64,000 nucleotides of DNA. Source: a virus. Taxonomy: Duplodnaviria; Heunggongvirae; Uroviricota; Caudoviricetes. The notes beneath the pieces were generated by a model. The model was not told the origin of the DNA, ran no database searches, and was given only the letters and a program-made list of their open reading frames with translations. Below are positions 38,053 through 45,892 of this stretch, piece after piece. Position 1 is the first letter of the stretch. The number at the start of each line of letters is the position of its first letter. The DNA is taken from IMG/VR virus record IMGVR_UViG_3300016457_000036, positions 7,253 through 71,252 of that record; one strand, given 5' to 3'. The position numbers and the translations under genes were made by a program.

Positions 38053-38297
38053 TCAAAACATAGCTCTAGGGGTATATACGTATTGTAGTACTTAGTAGTG
38101 TGGATCACGGACTACAATCCCGATCTCGTATTTTGTCTCGTCCCGCAAGGATGTACAGACAGAGCGACAAAACGCTGCGGTGTACCCTGAGAGGTGTGTT
38201 TTAAAGCCACCACAAGATTCTGTAGTAATAGTCTCTAATGCTGTAAGTATGGCACTACTTGTAATAGTGTCAGGATCACTTACTGTATTACGTCCGA

Positions 38298-38419
38298 CAT
38301 GACGTTAAACATGACATTACTTTGTGATTAAAGTAGTTACCGAGAACGTAGACTAATAATCTACTCAGTACCGGACCGGCATGACGTTAAACATGACATT
38401 ACTTTGTGATTAAAGTAGT
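38298..38419 (+). repeat. two perfect 40-bp direct repeats (CATGACGTTAAACATGACATTACTTTGTGATTAAAGTAGT) 42 bp apart
   Basis: copies at 38298-38337 and 38380-38419; each contains ACTTT-GTGATT-AAAGT inverted repeat. Confidence 0.7.
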
Positions 38420-38736
38420 CAGTACAGACTTAAAAAACATAATCATATATTCACGATTATTTTTATTGTGACTGATAGGATAGACTATCTCCTGCTGCGG
38501 ATTCGCGGTGGGGTAACATATAAGGTAATAATTATGAGTAATCTTAAAAATGCAATCGTACAACAGTTAATAACAGAAGACGCTGCAATCTATAAAAACA
38601 ATGATAAATATATCCACATCTACGGACGAGAAGATGCAGATTGGGGTATAGATATTTACGATGGAATGGATTATAATGTTCCTTCATTTTCCTGTATAAT
38701 GGAAAAAGGCACAGCAGCTGAAGCTTTCGATTACGC

Positions 38737-38811
38737 GGGTGAGTCGTCTAACGGTTAGGGCCCGCCTCTCATAAAGGCGGTATCAGAGTTCGATTCTCTG
38801 CTTACCCACCA
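38737..38811 (+). tRNA. tRNA-Met/Ile2 (anticodon CAT), elongator-type
   Basis: acceptor GGGTGAG/CTTACCC (G1-C72 paired), anticodon arm CGCCT-CTCATAA-AGGCG, T-arm CAGAG-TTCGATT-CTCTG, CCA encoded. Confidence 0.7.
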
Positions 38812-39262
38812 TTTAGCACAGCCTAGTGCATAGAGCCTACATGGTTAAAGGCTTGAGTATATGTAAGAAATACCTATCTTAACATAACTCTTAATCTATG
38901 TACTATGGTGTGCTTTGAGGCATACACAACGAGTTCTTCTTTGATGTAACTCAGCATAAAGTTCTCAGCTCCCACCGGCCCAGTTTAATCAGCAGCGATG
39001 GCCTATAACTCAGAAATGATTAGCGAGACTCAGGTTCCTCTTTTAGGCTCCTTCCTTGTCTCGCGATTAAGCATACCTTTCATTACATTATGTGTACTGA
39101 CAGGTGTGCTTTTTTGGTAATTATGTACACATGGTGGAGATTTCTAGTAGTGGCGGAATTCAATAAAGACGCTAAATAACAGTTCCTCCGTTCAGAGTGC
39201 TGTATGAGCTAACTTGAAAATTAGCAATTCATAGGTGGAAGTCCTGTGACTACTTTATATAT

Positions 39263-39610
39263 GGGCGCAACATGGCTTCGACAGGAAATTGGTCCCACCC
39301 CGAATGATACAAGGTATGATACTACCTCAACAGATCATTAACTTAAATGTAAACAACATGAATTTTAATCCTACTGCAGAGCTTGCTGCTGCGTAGTGTG
39401 GACCGGGACAGACACATAACCAACTTGTCCCACACTTTAAGTCTTTGCCTTGTTGCAGAGCCTAGCACCGTAAGTTCACGCTAGTAACCAATTCTTACAT
39501 CCTTGTTTTACAGTTTTACGCATATTGACTGTGATAAATTGCACGTATCGTGAAGTTCGGTTAAAAAGATGATTTTTTGGACTCGGGTTCGATACCCGAT
39601 GCGTCCACCA
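39263..39610 (+). ncRNA. ssrA: tmRNA (ssrA-like transfer-messenger RNA), tag reading frame ...NFNPTAELAAA-stop
   Basis: 5' GGGCGCA-ACATGG-CTTCGAC-AGG and 3' GGAC-TCGGG-TTCGATA-CCCGA-TGCGTCC-A-CCA match tmRNA consensus; internal ORF gca gag ctt gct gct gcg tag ends 39396. Confidence 0.75.
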
Positions 39611-39762
39611 TACGCTATCCCCTTGATACTATTATGTAGTATGAATGGGGTTGCGAAGCTGCAGATGCAACCACTAAAATCTTATACGCAGCATAGTACT
39701 TCTTCATTTCTATTAAAACTATGAAGAACGCTCCCGGGTATGGTCGGCTAGGGAGAGTAGTG

Positions 39763-39785
39763 TTGACCTTTGTTTATGATATAAT
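39763..39785 (+). promoter_or_regulatory. promoter candidate: TTGACC ... extended -10 TGATATAAT
   Basis: perfect TGnTATAAT at 39777-39785; -35-like TTGACC at 39763 (short spacer). Confidence 0.4.
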
Positions 39786-39824
39786 TTTCTCAGTTCCTTT
39801 ATACATGTTAAGTATATAATTGTA

Positions 39825-40021
39825 GTTACTCCGCCTTCGGGCATCACATTTGGGATATGACTTACTGCAATTTCTAACTTAGCATTTATAAGGGAATATG
39901 TACACAGTTACTCCTGCTGTTTTCAGCAATTCACTGCTAATGATTTTACTGTGCACACTCTCCCTGTTAGTCTTCAATAAACTCAAGTTTATGGTATTGG
40001 TTACTCCGCCTTCGGGCACCA
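39825..40021 (+). repeat. repeated leader element GTTACTCCGCCTTCGGGCAYCA (x2; GTTACTCC x3) each preceded by AT-rich -10-like box
   Basis: copies at 39825-39846 and 40000-40021, third GTTACTCC at 39907; contain C-UUCG-G tetraloop. Confidence 0.5.
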
Positions 40022-40098
40022 AACTTCTAATTTGATCTTACCTCTACTACTCACTTGAGTTTATTGAACACTATCACTAAAACTAAAAGGAAATCCCC

Positions 40099-42294
40099 AT
40101 GAAAAACTTAGCACTACAACGCCTAATCTATGGCATGACAAACACTATCGTAATCGAGTCTACCGGTCCTAAAGAAGTCGTAACTGAAATCGAGGCTGTA
40201 CGTTCTAGCATGGCTATCGAGGGCTTTATCTTCCGTCCGGGTTTCGCTAACACTACTGAACTAACTGACTATACAGAAGCTGATTGGGCTGCTATGTATG
40301 CACAATATTCTTTAACATATGGATGGAGTACACTTTACACAGCCCGTACAGGTAATAATCCTGTTACTGTACTTGATGCATACTTTACTGATCTTGGCAA
40401 TATCTTTTCTCCGCTTGAAGTAGCGCCTAAAGCGTATTATGTGGCTGAGCCTGTTTTCTATGAAAAAGTATTGACTGACATCGCTGAGTCAAAAATTGTA
40501 TTACGTACACATCAGATCGAGATCTTAAATCTTATGCCTATCGAAATACTTGCTAAAATTTATGAGAATGTCGTATTCACCATCATAGAAACTCGTATTC
40601 TGTTTCTAAAACGTCTCATTACTGAAGGTAAAGAAATCGCTGCATTTACTACACCTGAAGAGATTGTAAAATTCGTCATAGCTGTCTTTCCTAAGAACAC
40701 AGAGCCATACACAGGACAAGTCACTAACGACATATTAAAAGCAATCGAAGTAAAAATTCCTACATCTATGCGTAAAGTTATTGTTCGCTCTATTCAAAAG
40801 ATGAGCTACTTTAAAGCTATCAGAGGCATGAAGAAAAACAAAAACTTTTGGAAACGTCTATTTAAGCAACTTGCATGGCAATCCGAAGAAAAAATGATCG
40901 CTACTGCTCGCTTTCAAAACTACCTTGATATTAAAGGTACTGTCTTCAATGAGACTATCATCACACCTCGCTCAGACATCGAACAGTATCGTCGTGAAGG
41001 TAACTTAGAAACTGCTTTTATTGTTGAGATGAAAAACACAGGCGGGATGTTACGAAATCTTATGTCATACCTACGTTATCCGATCGGATCTACTTATGCT
41101 AAAAAAGTAAGCATGGCACCTGATGCAAAAGAACACGGTATTGCTATGTACTTTAATAAAAAAGTACAGGAAGAAGTACGTGCTACTGTCGTTCATTCTG
41201 ACATTACCAATGTCTTAGCATCTGACGAATTTATGAAGTGTCTTACTCAGGCTAACTCTAAGCTACTATGGCAAGTACTCACACTTCTACAGGACAAGAA
41301 AAACACAGTCCCTAAATCTGTTCGTGTTGTAAACGACACTAAGATCAAATACTCAAAAGCTTTACCGGGTATCGATCCTAAAATGACTGAGCTTGCTAAA
41401 AAAGCCATTAAAAAGGCTATCAAAAAAGTGAAACGTGCTGAAAATGCATCTCTTGGTAAAGTTTACATAGACAAAACACTTAAAAACTACGCTATGCAGT
41501 TCTCAGGTCGCTCAGAAACGTCAATCTCACTATCAGGTGAATACTTGTCTCCGGGAAGTAAAATTGACCTTACAGACCTTCTGAAGGGTGAAGATAAAAT
41601 CTTACGTATGGGTATTGCATGGACAGGTGCTTCATGTGATGTTGACCATGCTCTAAATATCTTCGGTATGCGTTCTATCTATTACGGTAATCCTACCTTA
41701 GCAGATACAGAAGGTCGTGTAGTTATCTCATCTTCAGGTGATATTACATCATGTAGTCCTGGTCTATTCAGTACAGAGATTATCGATATTGATGTAGATC
41801 AACTTGCTACGTCTAACGTAGAGAAGATCTTTAATTCTGCTCATATGTTTGCAGGTCCTACTTTCGATAAAATTGAATGTTATTGGTTCATGAATATCAT
41901 CGATAAAAAAGATCGTATCCTTGAAAAACGTAAAGTTGCAATCGCACTTGATGCAATGCAATATGCTATTAAGCTTCAAGAACCTACTCGTGCACAGGTA
42001 GGTTTCTCTGTCGATCTGAAAAAGAAAGAACTTGAAGTTTTAAATCTTCCATCAAAACAATCGCAGTATAATAATGCTGCTACTTGTAAAGAAGATTTTG
42101 AGAAGCTGTTAGCTGAACGTCCTAAGCAAAAATCATTGTATAAAGCAATGAAAACTGTTATCGCTAAAGATCAGCTGACTGATAATATTTTAGAAGCTGA
42201 CTTGATTATTTCTGCTGAACCTGATCAGCCTGCAGGCATTACTGTCTTGCATCCGGGCAGAGATGCAGTAGCACTACAAGAAATTATCTTTTAG
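40099..42294 (+). CDS. large hypothetical protein (731 aa)
   Basis: AAAAGGAAATCCCCATG; long clean ORF; no motif recognised. Confidence 0.6.
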   Translation: MKNLALQRLIYGMTNTIVIESTGPKEVVTEIEAVRSSMAIEGFIFRPGFANTTELTDYTEADWAAMYAQYSLTYGWSTLYTARTGNNPVTVLDAYFTDLGNIFSPLEVAPKAYYVAEPVFYEKVLTDIAESKIVLRTHQIEILNLMPIEILAKIYENVVFTIIETRILFLKRLITEGKEIAAFTTPEEIVKFVIAVFPKNTEPYTGQVTNDILKAIEVKIPTSMRKVIVRSIQKMSYFKAIRGMKKNKNFWKRLFKQLAWQSEEKMIATARFQNYLDIKGTVFNETIITPRSDIEQYRREGNLETAFIVEMKNTGGMLRNLMSYLRYPIGSTYAKKVSMAPDAKEHGIAMYFNKKVQEEVRATVVHSDITNVLASDEFMKCLTQANSKLLWQVLTLLQDKKNTVPKSVRVVNDTKIKYSKALPGIDPKMTELAKKAIKKAIKKVKRAENASLGKVYIDKTLKNYAMQFSGRSETSISLSGEYLSPGSKIDLTDLLKGEDKILRMGIAWTGASCDVDHALNIFGMRSIYYGNPTLADTEGRVVISSSGDITSCSPGLFSTEIIDIDVDQLATSNVEKIFNSAHMFAGPTFDKIECYWFMNIIDKKDRILEKRKVAIALDAMQYAIKLQEPTRAQVGFSVDLKKKELEVLNLPSKQSQYNNAATCKEDFEKLLAERPKQKSLYKAMKTVIAKDQLTDNILEADLIISAEPDQPAGITVLHPGRDAVALQEIIF

Positions 42295-42414
42295 TATTGA
42301 TGCGTTGAGTTCTTCCATGTCTCTTGTAAGTCATCGCTCCTTTAAGACTATGGGGATAGTCCTTAAATAATTTCCGTCGGGTTATTAACTTTTTCCCGGC
42401 GGTTTCCTAAATGT

Positions 42415-42491
42415 TAGAGATTAGCTCAGTTGGTAGAGCAATCCTCCGTAAAACAGAAGATGTGTCGAAGGTTCGAGTCCTTCATCTCGCC
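42415..42491 (+). tRNA. degenerate tRNA-like gene (possible pseudo-tRNA; anticodon arm not foldable)
   Basis: perfect D-arm TAGCTCAGTTGGTAGAGC and T-arm GAAGG-TTCGAGT-CCTTC, but acceptor has 2 mismatches and no 5-bp anticodon stem; no CCA. Confidence 0.3.
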
Positions 42492-42536
42492 ATTAGTAAG
42501 TATATTGTATTAGTTACTTCAAACACGCACGATGTC

Positions 42537-42613
42537 GCAGGTTCGAGTCCTGCTCGCTCCACCATTTAATTATGAGGAGCGATAGCTCAGTTGGTAGAGC
42601 GCATGCCTTAACT
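42537..42613 (+). ncRNA. permuted tRNA-like element P3: 3' half (GCAGG-TTCGAGT-CCTGC + TCGCTCC-A-CCA) then 5' half GGAGCGA-TA-GCTCAGTTGGTAGAGC-G-CATGC-CTTAACT
   Basis: 5' acceptor perfectly complementary to upstream 3' strand; spacer ACCATTTAATTATGA; no T-arm downstream of 5' half. Confidence 0.4.
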
Positions 42614-42970
42614 ACTATTACAACTCACTTACTAGTTTATTCTATACAGCATCCGAGTACTGCAACTCCTCGGATACTGTCAGAGTAAACTGTAAATCAT
42701 TTCCGTTTAAGGGCCCTATCCACTCTGTAATAACGGCAGATATAAAACTGTAAATTGATCCAAAGGTAACTCTTAACAGTAAGACCTATATCGCACATCG
42801 CAATAGGCAAGTTTAGAGTGTAATTCCTATCTTACATTCCCTGTATATTCGTAACACCTTTATACCCTCTACGTGTCTATCCTACTCGTAGAGGGATCAT
42901 TAAATATGGCTGAAATGCCACCAAAATAATCTGAACCTGCAGAAATACAGGCGAAGATGTTTGAAACAAC

Positions 42971-43049
42971 TTGACTGCTAGGAAAGACTAGTTAACATAA
43001 TCGATTTAACAATCGGATGTGAAAAAATTTGACTGTTAGGAAAGACTAA
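42971..43049 (+). repeat. two copies of TTGACTG(C/T)TAGGAAAGACTA, promoter-like
   Basis: copies at 42971 and 43030 in 1-kb ORF-free region; begin with TTGACT. Confidence 0.4.
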
Positions 43050-43282
43050 CACAACTAGAGACATGGCAACTAATCGCGATACGTCGTGGGGTAGCCCGCT
43101 GTCCTAGTCTCTTTTGTTTATGGTAAAGTATATTTTGATATACTATCTCATGAATAAGGTTTCCCCATGTTATACACATCATTGTTGACGTATGCTCAAG
43201 GCATTATCATTCCCTCACTTACACTTACCTGTACTGCACCGTACCAACCATTTCTCGTACTTATGTCCGATAATACATCAAA

Positions 43283-43501
43283 ATGGTTCTGCTTATGAGC
43301 CTTAAAAATTTAGGAGTATCAATGCTTAATTTCTATAAGACTATTTATCATGAGATGAAAATCTCTGTCAGTCGCATCATGGACAATAACTATACACATC
43401 AGGATAAGATGACTGAAGCTGTTGGTCTTGTAATGTTAGGTACTGTCAGTATCCTGCCTCCACTAATGATCATTCTTGGTACTTCTTGGTTAATCTTCTA
43501 A
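43283..43501 (+). CDS. small membrane protein (72 aa)
   Basis: TAGGAGTATCAATG; C-terminal hydrophobic helix. Confidence 0.4.
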   Translation: MVLLMSLKNLGVSMLNFYKTIYHEMKISVSRIMDNNYTHQDKMTEAVGLVMLGTVSILPPLMIILGTSWLIF

Positions 43502-43881
43502 TGGCAGTTTATAATCAAAATCCTGAAACTTATGAACACACCTACTATGTAGGGCAGTCGCTCGGTAAGTTAGAGATCATTCAGATCGACAAAGTTAACA
43601 TCACAGCAGTATGTGAATGTGGTAACGTCCTTTCAAGGGGTATTGCTGCTTTTCAAGCTCGTCCACCTTTTAGTTGTAAGCCTTGTGCTAAAGCTGTACA
43701 TGCTGATAGTGCTATTATCCAAAATAATAATACTGCTTTACATATTCGTGACTATGATGCTATTGAAGCACTCATGATGAAAGAAGCATCTCATAAAAAG
43801 CTTACCTCACATGAAAAAAATATTCTTTGTGAATACAGAGAAAAAATCGCTAATACTAAAATTAAAAAGAAGGCCTCTTAA
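43501..43881 (+). CDS. Cys-containing protein (126 aa)
   Basis: ATG at 43501; CECG...CKPC. Confidence 0.4.
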   Translation: MAVYNQNPETYEHTYYVGQSLGKLEIIQIDKVNITAVCECGNVLSRGIAAFQARPPFSCKPCAKAVHADSAIIQNNNTALHIRDYDAIEALMMKEASHKKLTSHEKNILCEYREKIANTKIKKKAS

Positions 43882-44030
43882 TGTCCCCTGCTCTAATTGA
43901 AATTCGTCAAGACAATAAATTCTTTGTCGTCTATGTAAAAAATATCGAAGTCTCTCGCCAAAAATCGCTTGTAAAAGCGACACAAAAACTTGCTGCTTAT
44001 GTAAAAAGTCAGCCACAAATAGGAGCCTAA
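43881..44030 (+). CDS. small protein (49 aa)
   Basis: AAGGCCTCTTAATG. Confidence 0.25.
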   Translation: MSPALIEIRQDNKFFVVYVKNIEVSRQKSLVKATQKLAAYVKSQPQIGA

Positions 44031-44031
44031 C

Positions 44032-44544
44032 ATGGGTGCATATTATCAAGGTACAGTAAATCATACTCGTTACGAAACTTGGTCTATAGGACAGGGCGCT
44101 AAACTTATGGAACACTCATATATAGGTAACAACTATGTAGGCTTAGTCATGGACGAGCTAGAGAAAAAGCCCGCGCCTGTTAGATGGGTATGTGATTATT
44201 CAGAAAATGAAGATGGCTTCGATTGGGAAAAAACTACAGAGGCATCTTTCTCAAAAGACGCTAAAGCTTTTGATCCTATATACTTTATTTACAACCACAC
44301 TAAAAATGTATACATCGATATGGCTGAGCTTATCTCTTTATTTAGTGATCGCTCAATGATGATGCACCCTATCCCTATTCTCTGTAACTCTGAAACAGAA
44401 AGTATGGGCGGTGGAGATCTACATCAGGAAGAGTCTCGTCGTGGCACATGGTACGGTGACACACTAGAAGTAGTCTATGACAGAATTAATGTTCTTGATG
44501 CTCTAAATGTCACAGAAGAAGTAAAATTTGTAGAAGGGGAGTAA
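44032..44544 (+). CDS. hypothetical protein (170 aa)
   Basis: AGGAGCCTAACATG. Confidence 0.45.
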   Translation: MGAYYQGTVNHTRYETWSIGQGAKLMEHSYIGNNYVGLVMDELEKKPAPVRWVCDYSENEDGFDWEKTTEASFSKDAKAFDPIYFIYNHTKNVYIDMAELISLFSDRSMMMHPIPILCNSETESMGGGDLHQEESRRGTWYGDTLEVVYDRINVLDALNVTEEVKFVEGE

Positions 44545-44545
44545 T

Positions 44546-44818
44546 ATGGCAACAGACATTAAAAAAGCACTTGAAGATATTATTGAACTTCGTAAAGAAT
44601 TTGAAAATGATATTCTATACATTACCCCTGAATTAGCTGCACAGCAACTAACTAAACTTATGATGGCTATGCAACCTACTTCTGCTAATGCACTTGATGT
44701 TGTAAAATATCGTGCAGATATTGCTACTTTCTTTGAAGAAGTAGACAAGATAAAAGTTATAGCAGAAAAAGTTACTCCACAATCTATTCTTGAATACAAA
44801 AAGGTACATAATGATTAA
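44546..44818 (+). CDS. hypothetical protein (90 aa)
   Basis: GGGGAGTAATATG. Confidence 0.4.
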   Translation: MATDIKKALEDIIELRKEFENDILYITPELAAQQLTKLMMAMQPTSANALDVVKYRADIATFFEEVDKIKVIAEKVTPQSILEYKKVHND

Positions 44819-45269
44819 TCAATTACTGCTTTCATTAGAAAATTGTACGGAGCCTACTAAAGGTTCTAAATATTCAGCTGCTGTTGATCTTTACTCTTCT
44901 CAAACTACTACTATGTATCCAGGTACTACTCATATTATAGGACTTGGAGTAAAAATATCTAAAGAACAATTAGAGAAACTAACGCCTGAAATAAGAGAAC
45001 ATTTTATGCTTCGTCACTATCTTGCTTTACATCCACGCAGCTCTTTCCGTGCTAAAGGCATGGTATCGAATACCGGTATTATTGATATGGACTACCCTGA
45101 TGAGATTAAAATCATTTTACACTATCCTGAAGGCTCCGATCAAAAACCTTTTGAAATTAAAAAAGGTGATCGTATCGCTCAAATCATGCTAATGTCTCAT
45201 GACAGTATGCTACTTAACGTACATTCAGAAGAGGAGAGAACCGGTGGCATTGGTAGTACCGGGACATGA
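44811..45269 (+). CDS. dut: dUTP diphosphatase (dUTPase, 152 aa)
   Basis: SAAVDLYSS (motif 1), GIIDMDYPDEIKIILH (motif 3), RTGGIGSTG (motif 5). Confidence 0.75.
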   Translation: MINQLLLSLENCTEPTKGSKYSAAVDLYSSQTTTMYPGTTHIIGLGVKISKEQLEKLTPEIREHFMLRHYLALHPRSSFRAKGMVSNTGIIDMDYPDEIKIILHYPEGSDQKPFEIKKGDRIAQIMLMSHDSMLLNVHSEEERTGGIGSTGT

Positions 45270-45537
45270 AAAGCTTCTAAGAGTATTCACCGCAGGTTGT
45301 AAAACTGTTATGCCTGAATTACCGCATAGATATTTCTCAATAGATTTCTACGCTGACAGCGCACCTACTCAGTCTATGAGTAATCAGCTTATTAACATGC
45401 TTGATCAGGTAACACCTGAAATTATTGATGAGATAGGTTTTCTAATCGATAATGAAACAGGCCAACTCATGTGGGCCACTAAAGATTTAGAAAAAGAAAT
45501 AAAACATAAATTTCTACACGATAATGTAGACTTTTAA
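45199..45537 (+). CDS. hypothetical protein (start uncertain; 75-112 aa)
   Basis: ORF overlaps dUTPase 3' end; likely starts at internal ATG ~45311. Confidence 0.3.
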   Translation: MTVCYLTYIQKRREPVALVVPGHEKLLRVFTAGCKTVMPELPHRYFSIDFYADSAPTQSMSNQLINMLDQVTPEIIDEIGFLIDNETGQLMWATKDLEKEIKHKFLHDNVDF

Positions 45538-45547
45538 AGGACTACCT

Positions 45548-45754
45548 ATGGGTAAGAAACACCAAATCCGTAAAAAAGTAAAAATGAGTGACATCACTAC
45601 ATGTTGTTTTGACTGTGCTACTAAGTACAAAGATCCTGAAATACCTGCATACGATGGTACATGTACAGTTCATGAAGGTATTTGTGAAATCTGTAAAGAG
45701 ACTAAACCTGTAACGTCAGCTCGTAAACTTTTCGGATACCATCGCTTCTTATGA
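45548..45754 (+). CDS. zinc-ribbon protein (68 aa)
   Basis: AAAGGACTACCTATG; CCFDC...CTVHEGICEIC. Confidence 0.4.
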   Translation: MGKKHQIRKKVKMSDITTCCFDCATKYKDPEIPAYDGTCTVHEGICEICKETKPVTSARKLFGYHRFL

Positions 45755-45891
45755 ACCCTGTATGTACAGGATGTAAATTCTATAAACATGTATTCGACGA
45801 AAAAACGGGAAAGTGGACAGGACGTTCAGGCTGTACTCTCCCTTACCCAAAACTCAGACAGTACACTTGTCTAAGCTTCAGAAAAGAGTAA
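45751..45891 (+). CDS. small Cys-rich protein (46 aa)
   Basis: ATGA overlap; CTGC...CTLPY. Confidence 0.25.
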   Translation: MNPVCTGCKFYKHVFDEKTGKWTGRSGCTLPYPKLRQYTCLSFRKE

Positions 45892-45892
45892 T

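Noticed and set aside
38298-38419. Possible CRISPR array
   Set aside because: Only two copies of the 40-bp repeat, no further repeats or cas genes; treated as a direct repeat, not CRISPR.
38468-38758. 96-aa ORF (possible 74-aa version from ATG 38533 with TAAGG Shine-Dalgarno sequence) in the RNA island
   Set aside because: Its 3' end overlaps the first 22 nt of the well-formed tRNA-Met (38737-38811); it may still be real, but is not listed as a feature because of the overlap and lack of recognisable content.
38810-39260. RNase P RNA
   Set aside because: Could not find the P4 consensus (GGAAAGTCCGGGCTCC / ACAGAACCCGGCTTA) by eye; left as unassigned structured region.
39253-39610. Interpreting 39263-39610 as a tRNA with a ~270-nt group I intron
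   Set aside because: The 5' part has no D-arm but carries the tmRNA-specific UUCGAC-AGG and GGAC signatures, and the middle carries an ...ELAAA-stop tag frame; tmRNA fits better.
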